A DNA stretch of 38,860 nt, taken from positions 682,001 through 720,860 of the forward strand of contig BROI01000019.1 in NCBI GenBank assembly GCA_027923505.1. The letters are read 5' to 3'. The DNA comes from Mayamaea pseudoterrestris (taxonomy: Eukaryota). Below, piece after piece: positions 21,529 through 28,930 of this stretch (position 1 is the stretch's first letter; the number at the start of each line of letters is the position of its first letter). The translations under genes were made by a program, and so were the position numbers. The notes beneath the pieces were generated by a model. That model did not search any database. It was not told the DNA's origin and saw nothing but the letters and a program-made list of their open reading frames with translations.

Positions 21529-23448
21529 GCAGACCCCATGTTACAATCAATATGGCCTTGAACAATGAATGGGACTCATAGACTTGTTCATTTGGGCGTG
21601 GAAGCCATCACTATGCCCTGAAACTCCACACAATTAACCAATGGTTGAATGTGCCAGCCCTGCTCCCATATGGATGCAGGGATCATCAGCATTGCCCGCT
21701 GAGCCCTCCAATTTCTTTCAAACATGTTTGTTATCAATGCTGGGCCATAAGTTGGTCAGTTGCACCTCAGCATCCATCACCATGTATGCCACGGTGAGAC
21801 TGGGCAGATGCAACAACTTGTTGGATCTGCTAGCGGTGCACCTCAAGTGGCAAGTGAGACTTCCAAAATGGCCTGCAGACCCCATAATGCAACTAATAGG
21901 GACTTGAACATTGATTGGGACTCATAGACTTGTCCATTTGGGCGTGGAAGCCATCACTATGCCCTGAAACTCCGCACATTCAACCAATGGTTGAATGTGC
22001 CAGCACTGCTCCCTTTTGGCTGCAGGGATCATCAGCATTGCCTGCTGAGCCCTCCAATTTCTTTCAAATCATGTCTGTTGTCAATGATGGGCCATAAGTT
22101 GGTCAGTTGCACCTCAGCATCCATCACCATGTACGCCACGGTGAGACAGAGCAGATTCAACAACTTGTTGGATCTTCTAGTGGTGCACCTGAAGTGGCAA
22201 GTGAGACTTTTAAAATAGCCTGCAGACCCCATAATTCACCCAATATGGACTTGAACAATGATTGGGACTCATAGACTTGTCCATTTGTGCGTGGAAGCCA
22301 TCACTATGCCCTGAGACTCCGCACATTCAACCAATGGTTGAATGTGCCAGCCCTGCTCCCATATGGATGCAGGGATCATCAGCATTGCCCGCTGAGCCCA
22401 CCAATTTTTTCAAATCATGTGTGTTGTGAATGCTGGGCCATAAGTTGGTCAGTTGCACCTCAGCATCCATCACCATGTACGCCACGGTGAGACTGGGCCG
22501 ATCCATCAACTTGTTGGATATGCTAGCGGTGCACCTCAAGTGGCAAGTGAGAATTCCAAAATGGCCTGCAGACCCCATAATGCAACCAATACGGACTTGA
22601 ACAATGAATGGGACTCCTAGACATGTCCATTTGGGTGTGGAAGCCATCACCATGCCCTGAGACTCCGCACATTCAACCAATGGTTGAATGTGCCAGCCCT
22701 GCTCCCTTTTTGGCTGCACGGATCATCAGCATTGCCCGCTGAGCCCTCCAATTTCTTTCAAATTATGTGTGTTGTGAATGCTGGGCCATAAGTTGGTCAG
22801 TTGCACCTCAGCATCCATCACCATGTATGCCACGGTGAGACTGGGCATATCCAACAACTTGTTGGATCTGCTAGCGGTGCACCTCAAGTGGCAAGTGAGA
22901 CTTCCAAAATGGCCTGCAGACCCCATAATACAACTAATAGGGACTTGAACAATGAATGGGACTCATAAACTTGTCCATTTGGGTGTGTAAGCCATCACCT
23001 TGCCCTGAGACTCCGCACATTCAACCAATGTTTGAATGTGCCAGCCCTGCTCCCTTTTTGGCTGCAGGGATCATCAGCATTGCCCACTGAGCCCTCCAAT
23101 TTCTTTCAAATCATGTTTGTTGTCAATGGTGGGCCATAAGTTGGTAAGTTGTACCTCAGCATCCATCACCATCTATGCCATGGTGAGACTGAGCAGATCC
23201 AACAACTTGTTGGATCTGCTAGCGGTGCACCTCAAGTGGCAAGTGAGACTTCCAAAATGGTCTGCAGACCCCATAATTCAATCAATATGGACTTGAACAA
23301 TGAAATTGACTAATAGACTTGTCCATTTGGGTGTGGAAGCCATCGCCATGCCCAGAGACTGCGCACAGCATTGCCCGCTGAGCCCTCTAATTTCTTTCTA
23401 ATCATGTTTGTTGTCAATAATGGGCCATAAGTTGGTCATTCGCACCTA
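21529..23448. repeat. Satellite family B: about 5.5 copies of a ~347-bp unit (dimer of ~177+170-bp monomers, each with a 27-bp palindrome)
   Basis: GCAGACCCC anchor at 21529, 21875, 22222, 22568, 22916 and 23264. Confidence 0.97.
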
Positions 23449-23449
23449 A

Positions 23450-23810
23450 CCTGATTGCCATGGCATGCGCAGAATCATGCTAGCAAGGTTGAATCATTAC
23501 ATAAATCCCAACTGCAACTTTGTGGTGTTTGGCTCATGGAACACTTTACCTGTTTCAGTCTCAGTCACACCACAGCCACTGCCAGAATAGATGCTGTTTT
23601 CAATATTCCAAGCCTTGGACCTTGTCAAGCACCTTCTGCGGATTGCAGTAGCAGGTTCAGATTCTTGCTGGCCAGGTTGCATCACTATACAAATCCCATC
23701 TGAAACTTTGACCTGATGGAACCACTTGGAGGACCCTGCTTGCTATATTCGTGCATAACCACTGGCTGACTGGCTTCCAATTTGGAAAATCTCAACCTTT
23801 AACTTTGTCA
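23450..23810. repeat. Single further copy of satellite A
   Basis: CCTGATTGCCATGGCATGC...ACTTTGTCAA, one full A unit in the same orientation. Confidence 0.95.
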
Positions 23811-23815
23811 ATAAT

Positions 23816-23940
23816 TCCAAAATCATTATCCAGTCTGCCTTACAAGATGGTATGCCTGGTTGGTGTCTCAGTAGACTGCAATGTGATTGGTGACAACTTG
23901 TCACCAGTCTAAGTCTGCAGATGCTGTGACATGCAAATGG
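23816..23940. repeat. Partial copy of satellite C closing the block
   Basis: TACAAGATGGTATGCCTGGTTGGTGTCTCAGTAGACTGCAATGTGATTGGTGA...GTGACATGCAAATG is nearly identical to 18868-18967. Confidence 0.9.
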
Positions 23941-24642
23941 TATTATCTTGGTACACTGGATACTGTGTTAGTTTCTAATAGAAATCACTTTCAGCACTGT
24001 CTATTAAACAACGGCTCTTGGCTGTCAGTGACTGTAAAGATTGTGGATTTGCAATTCTCAGCCGGAGACTTGCCATTTCATCTGAATCCCTGCTAATCCA
24101 AATGCAGGGCTTGCATAGTTGGGGCTTGTAAACTGATTCTTTATTGATTGTACTTAATTCTTTGGATGGGAATAATGGGATATAGTATTCCCACTACATG
24201 CTTCTCTGCAAAGAAAATGTTTTCGCAAGCGCGACTGAAATGTGATTTGACTACCAATACCGGTGCGTCTCTTTCGTTTCGCGACGGATGCTTTTCTTTT
24301 CTCACCATTGTTTGTTGCGTGCAATACAACGACGGTATTATCCTTCGGATCCGCTTTTCTGGCTGCAAATAAAAGAATCGATCTCTAGCAAAGACAGTGA
24401 CAGAGCAAAGTCTTTTGTTTGCACATTTTTTCTTTTTGTTGGCGCGAATTACAAGTACGTTGGCAAATGCACGTTCTGCGCCGAGCTGAGAATCTGGTGA
24501 AGCGAGAGCGACTATCAAACAATGATAGTCCGATTGTTTGTCGCCAGCATCGCCAGCGATGATTGCAATGCATGTTTACAAACGTTTGCTCTATTGGTGT
24601 TTTCGCTCTTTCATGCACCTGATACTAGGGATACAACAACTG

Positions 24643-25680
24643 ATGACCGCCTCACAGTTCCTTCGCCCTTCGCCATCTCCCAGCATGTCCATTAGAAATA
24701 CCATTCACAGGGCTGTCATCGTGCGAAGATTTAATGATTGCAGGGCGAAAAATGTCACTAACCGGCTGGCTTCATCGTCAACTAGCGCCGAGGGACCATC
24801 GCCGACGCCAAAACCGCCATCTGTGGCCGCAATGAAACAGCAGCTATTGGAACGCTCGCTTCATCACGTGCATCAGCATGGATGGACACAGGAGGCGATC
24901 ATACAGGCTATCATGGAGCAACGACAACAACGAGCAAACCTTTCTCTTTCCATGGCTGGCCTTGTGACGCCAAAAGACTTGGTCTGTCATGCCATGGATA
25001 CGTTCCATCGCCGGCTCGAACATGACTTGCAAGGACAAGTCACTGATCCGTCAGAAACACCATCGGATCGAATGACACGTGCCATTCAGCTGCGACTTGG
25101 CTACCAGCGCGAGTTTATGGAGTCGCAAACCTGGCATCAGGCCATGGCGCTGGGCGCGTCGCCCGAGAATGTCATGCACACGCAGCAGCAACTGAAACGA
25201 CTCGTTGAATTGATTTACCAATATGCTTACAGCAAAGGTTCCATGCAGCAAAGCAATCAGTTTGCCAAGCTTACTCTGGGAGGGATTTACATGGCAACGG
25301 AGCTGCACATGCTGACAGACACATCCATCGACTACACTGATACGTGGACGTTTTTAAAGCAACGCATCCAAGAATGGAACCAAGCTGGCGCAACACTGCA
25401 GAATACACTTGGTCCACTGGCATCGACGGACACTCTGTATGTGACATCGGCGGTCGCGTCAGCGTTTGCGTCTGGGTTGGCGAGTTTGTTGCTACCCACG
25501 GCAATGACAGCGAGTAGTGCATTTTCGTCAAGCTTACCCAATATGAGCGCCATGGCAGCGACTCCGAGTCAAGTGCCAAACCAGATGTACGACTCTGTTA
25601 CGCAAACAAAGGCCGCAGACGATAATTTGGATGCGACTGATCCTAGATTCTACAAAGTACACGACGACAAGTTAAGATAA
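24643..25680 (+). CDS. COQ9: Ubiquinone biosynthesis protein COQ9, mitochondrial
   Basis: LLERSLHHVHQHGWTQEAI, AIQLRL, W.QAMALGASPEN, LGGIYMATELHMLTDTSIDYTDTWTFLKQRI; Arg/Ser-rich presequence. Start could be ATG 24643 or 24685. Confidence 0.88.
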   Translation: MTASQFLRPSPSPSMSIRNTIHRAVIVRRFNDCRAKNVTNRLASSSTSAEGPSPTPKPPSVAAMKQQLLERSLHHVHQHGWTQEAIIQAIMEQRQQRANLSLSMAGLVTPKDLVCHAMDTFHRRLEHDLQGQVTDPSETPSDRMTRAIQLRLGYQREFMESQTWHQAMALGASPENVMHTQQQLKRLVELIYQYAYSKGSMQQSNQFAKLTLGGIYMATELHMLTDTSIDYTDTWTFLKQRIQEWNQAGATLQNTLGPLASTDTLYVTSAVASAFASGLASLLLPTAMTASSAFSSSLPNMSAMAATPSQVPNQMYDSVTQTKAADDNLDATDPRFYKVHDDKLR

Positions 25681-25776
25681 AGCAGATTATGCGACACGGT
25701 GCGAATTGTTATAGTAGCGTAGAATGCGAGCTTCACGCATGCATGCAGTACTAGCCTAAAGAACGCGAAAGCACTG

Positions 25777-26970
25777 TTAGCTGACAAACTCCAAGCCAGT
25801 AACGGCAGCGTCCATTAGTTTCGACGAACGCTTATCGGCGACAGCCGGTGTCGCCCGTTGGTTGTGAGCATTGGAGACTTGCAACACGTTGTTGCGCTTG
25901 TCAATGATTGTCTTTTTATTCTTGGCAGAAGCCAAGGGCACTGGCTCAGCATCCTGATTCCTTTTAAAGTCGGCGGCGCTTGTTCGTTTCTTGCCTTGCG
26001 ACCAAATGCCTGTCTTCTTCGCTTGCGCTTTGGCAATCTTCTTTTCCAAAACAATTCGCTTGTCCTGCAGAGGAAGAAGTTGTAGTACTCATGTGAGGCC
26101 AGAACTGCGTTAACGTTGGCCCAATTCGCATCATCAAGTTGCAGCTATGCATCGGTGAACGCTACTTACAAAATACTCGGCTCCGCCACCAGTGTACAGT
26201 TCCGCCAACCCTTCTCGAGCCAGCTCCATGCTCAAATCCTTCTTGCCCAGACCAAACTTCCAAAATGGCGAAACAGTCTCCACTGCGCTTACAGCTCTGC
26301 CATATTGGTCTCGTCGCAAGAAGGTAATCTTAACCATTTGATGCAGCAGCAGATTGCTCGTAAACTCCTTGGCTTCTTCCGCAAACGGCTGTCCCGCCTT
26401 GCCACTCTTGGCAATCTCTGGACAGTCCACTCCATATATACGAATCGACATGGTTTGATCAGCAATCCCTCGCGTCGTGAGTGGCGATGGCTTGCGACCA
26501 GTCAAGCCAAAGAATGGAACATGTCGCACGCGAATGGTATCGCCGTCAATGACGCGCTCCACGAGCGCGTACACGGACCGCTGCTCGACAAAGTAGGACT
26601 TTGGAACGTCTGCGACTGTTTCAAACTGGAATTTGTAAAAGGGAAAGTTGAGAGTTTGTTCGCGGCGGCGAGGCAAGGGAATGCTCGTTGATGAAGCAGC
26701 AGCAGCGTAGACGGAAGGTTGCGAAATAATGGAGGATGTTGCAATGAGTATTGCTGCAGTCGACGCTCGAAGCAGAAAGGACTGACGAGAATGTCTCGAT
26801 GTCAAAGTCGTCCGATGCTGAGTATTGGTGCTTGCGCCTTCCTTTGAATCTGTCGTCGTGGTTGCAGGTTGCTGTGGCGGCAGTTGCTCCTTTCTCGTCG
26901 CTCGAAACAGCTTGCTAAAGTCTCGGCGACTTGCTGACAGCGCAGTCACAACTGCTACCGATAACAGCAT
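25777..26970 (-). CDS. Staphylococcal nuclease (TNase/LCL3-like) with N-terminal targeting sequence; exons 26970-26170 and 26064-25777
   Basis: VIDGDTIRV, IRIYGVDCPE, QPFAEEAKEF, DQYGRAV, LAREGLAELY; splicing gives GAEYF|DKRIVLEKKIAKAQAKKTGIWSQG. Start codon uncertain. Confidence 0.88.
26065..26169 (-). other. Spliceosomal intron (105 nt) in the nuclease gene
   Basis: Minus-strand GTAAGT donor at 26169 and CTGCAG acceptor ending 26065; in-frame join. Confidence 0.85.
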
Positions 26971-27200
26971 GCATAAAACCTTCAATGAAAAGGATCTCTT
27001 GAGACATGATGCTTGGTAGCTACACCGAAGATCGGATAAGCGTCATTCGACATCATTTCACTGGCGACACACATCGATGCCGGCTTCACCTTAATCAAAA
27101 TCATTTTAAGCTCACCTTGTTCCAGCACATGTCCAAGACCGAGCGTGAAAATAAAGCTAGTGCAAGTGCCAAGATAATGCCTGATAGTTGAGCGTCTTTC

Positions 27201-27227
27201 GCCATGGTGCCATGGTGCCATGGTGCC
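27201..27227. repeat. Short tandem repeat (GCCATGGT)x3
   Basis: gccatggt gccatggt gccatggt gcc, seen directly. Confidence 0.9.
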
Positions 27228-27249
27228 GTTGGCGACGATCTGCAATGGG

Positions 27250-27581
27250 GGCACTACTACGAAACGAGTGCCAGTGTCAATTACGTCACAAGGCATTAGT
27301 ACGAAACGAGTGCCAGTGTCAATTACGTCACAAGGCATTAGTACGAAACGAGTGCCAGTGTCAATTACGTCACAAGGCATTAGTACGAAACGAGTGACAG
27401 TGTCAATTACGTCACAAGGCATTAGTAGAAACGAGTGCCAGTGTCAATTACGTCACAAGGCACTAGTACGAAACGAGTGCCAGTGTCAATTACGTCACAA
27501 GGCAATAATATGAAACGAGTGCCAGTGAAAACTACGTCATAAGGCAATACTACGAAACGAGTGCCAGTGAAAACTACGTCA
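27250..27581. repeat. 42-bp minisatellite, 8 copies, in a divergent intergenic region
   Basis: Unit TACGAAACGAGTGCCAGTGTCAATTACGTCACAAGGCATTAG starts at 27258, 27300, 27342, 27384, 27426 (1-nt deletion), 27467, 27509 and 27551. Confidence 0.97.
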
Positions 27582-27683
27582 TGAGTACTGTCACGTACTC
27601 GTGATTGTTATACTCGTGACTCCGCGAGAACCACGGAAGATCATCGCGTAGCGCTCTTTCATTCATCTTGTTCCGTCTCAACA

Positions 27684-28865
27684 ATGGCATCGACTGGCGC
27701 TCCAACAGCAGCGACCTCGTCTCTTCAGACACTGCAACGCCTCGAAGAGACGCTCAAGTCTCTTCCCGACAAGGAATCTGCTCCCAAGCTCTCCCACTAT
27801 CGAGCCATTCCGTCGTCGCTCCAAAATGCATTCGACCTGCTCCAACAGGCAGCATCAAGCATTCACGCTAACAGCACCAAGTTTGCCTTAATGGGCAAGA
27901 TTGATGTTTCTCAAGCTACTGAAATGGCCCGCGATACCTTACTACCAGGATGTCAATGGATATGTACGGGAGCACTGGTGGTGCACCAGGATTCGACGGG
28001 CTGCACCAAGTCGTTGCGGCATGCCATCAAGCGAGCGACGCGAGCAGTACTGCAATCCACGATTCAACTTGTTCAATGCTTTACTGGAGATGCAGCGGCA
28101 TTCACGGAGAATGAACAATTGGCGGCCCAACGAACAGGAGCGGTATGGGAAGCTTGTCAAACAATTTTGAACATGCAAAATGGCCAATCTTCGTCTTTGC
28201 CAATCTCGAATCAATTAGCCATGCGGCGCGAATTCTCCATATACATCAAAGAATGCAATGAAACAATGCAAGAGTTCCAGGAAATGATCGATGCTGGACC
28301 GAGCTTGGACGAGGGTAAGGAGCACGAGAACGGTGATGGCGAAGCAGACGAGATTGACGAAGGCGAGGAACCATCATGGGAACAGTTTCTTGGAGGTGGA
28401 ACTGACCAATACACTCTGCAGGAAACCCCTATCGCAACTTCTGCTTTGGCTCTAGTTAAATGCTCCCGCGGCTGCATCAATGTAGCAATGCAAGCGTGCG
28501 ACGACGTTGGTAAGAGTTTGACAGAGGATGCCACAGGTAACGGCAACGAACTCTCGAATGTAGACGAGGCTCGATTGCAATGGATATTGCGGTTGTTCAA
28601 CTGCGCTCAAGCTGTCGGTGAGGGCATGACGGATTTGGGAGCAGCCATGTATCCGCCAATTAAGAGGCAAGAGCTGGAATGCCAAATTCTGAGACAGTGC
28701 GCTGCGATGGAGGAGTTGCTGGCTTGCCTCTTTGATAGAACTTTGCCAGAGTACGAATCTTTTGATTTGGGACGGAATGTGAGTAATCTAGCGACGAAGC
28801 TTCAGTTGGCGGTGGGTAGACGGAAAGATGAAGCTCTGGAGGCTGTTGCACTGGGTACAGATTAA
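27684..28865 (+). CDS. GCIP / cyclin-D1-binding protein 1-like protein
   Basis: 393-aa helical protein with IHANSTKFAL, AAQRTGAVWEAC, ECNETMQEFQEM + acidic stretch, and GMTDLGAAMYPP, all typical of the GCIP family. Confidence 0.75.
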   Translation: MASTGAPTAATSSLQTLQRLEETLKSLPDKESAPKLSHYRAIPSSLQNAFDLLQQAASSIHANSTKFALMGKIDVSQATEMARDTLLPGCQWICTGALVVHQDSTGCTKSLRHAIKRATRAVLQSTIQLVQCFTGDAAAFTENEQLAAQRTGAVWEACQTILNMQNGQSSSLPISNQLAMRREFSIYIKECNETMQEFQEMIDAGPSLDEGKEHENGDGEADEIDEGEEPSWEQFLGGGTDQYTLQETPIATSALALVKCSRGCINVAMQACDDVGKSLTEDATGNGNELSNVDEARLQWILRLFNCAQAVGEGMTDLGAAMYPPIKRQELECQILRQCAAMEELLACLFDRTLPEYESFDLGRNVSNLATKLQLAVGRRKDEALEAVALGTD

Positions 28866-28930
28866 GACTGCGGGAAACAAGTTTACTCTTATAAACTATC
28901 AAGTTTATGCGATAGGAAATACTATAGTTA

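Noticed and set aside
21655..21700. Hammerhead ribozyme/retrozyme in satellite B (minus strand CTGATGA-TCCC...GGGA)
   Set aside because: The putative stem II is followed by GCAG, not the required GAAA, and no stem I/III closing a cleavage triplet was found.
21529..23448. CRISPR-like array (regularly spaced palindromic repeats)
   Set aside because: The intervening ~145-150 bp are themselves repeated rather than unique spacers, there are no cas genes, and the context is eukaryotic.
19393..23703. Repeated short ORFs (MPWHAQNH..., MMQPGHQE..., MGSAGHFG...) as a peptide gene family
   Set aside because: Unit lengths vary by non-multiples of three, stops and frameshifts differ among copies, and no protein motif is recognisable.
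18566..24121. Terminal inverted repeat TATGCAAGC / GCTTGCATA around the repeat island
   Set aside because: Only 9 bp, does not extend convincingly, and there is no target-site duplication.
24141..24618. Short ORFs upstream of COQ9
   Set aside because: AT-rich promoter-like DNA with T-tracts and no protein features.
27250..27581. Hammerhead-like CGAAACG...CGTC in the 42-bp repeat, and 14-aa repeat ORFs on both strands
   Set aside because: There is no CUGANGA core. The ORFs arise only because 42 is divisible by 3, and one copy has a 1-nt deletion.
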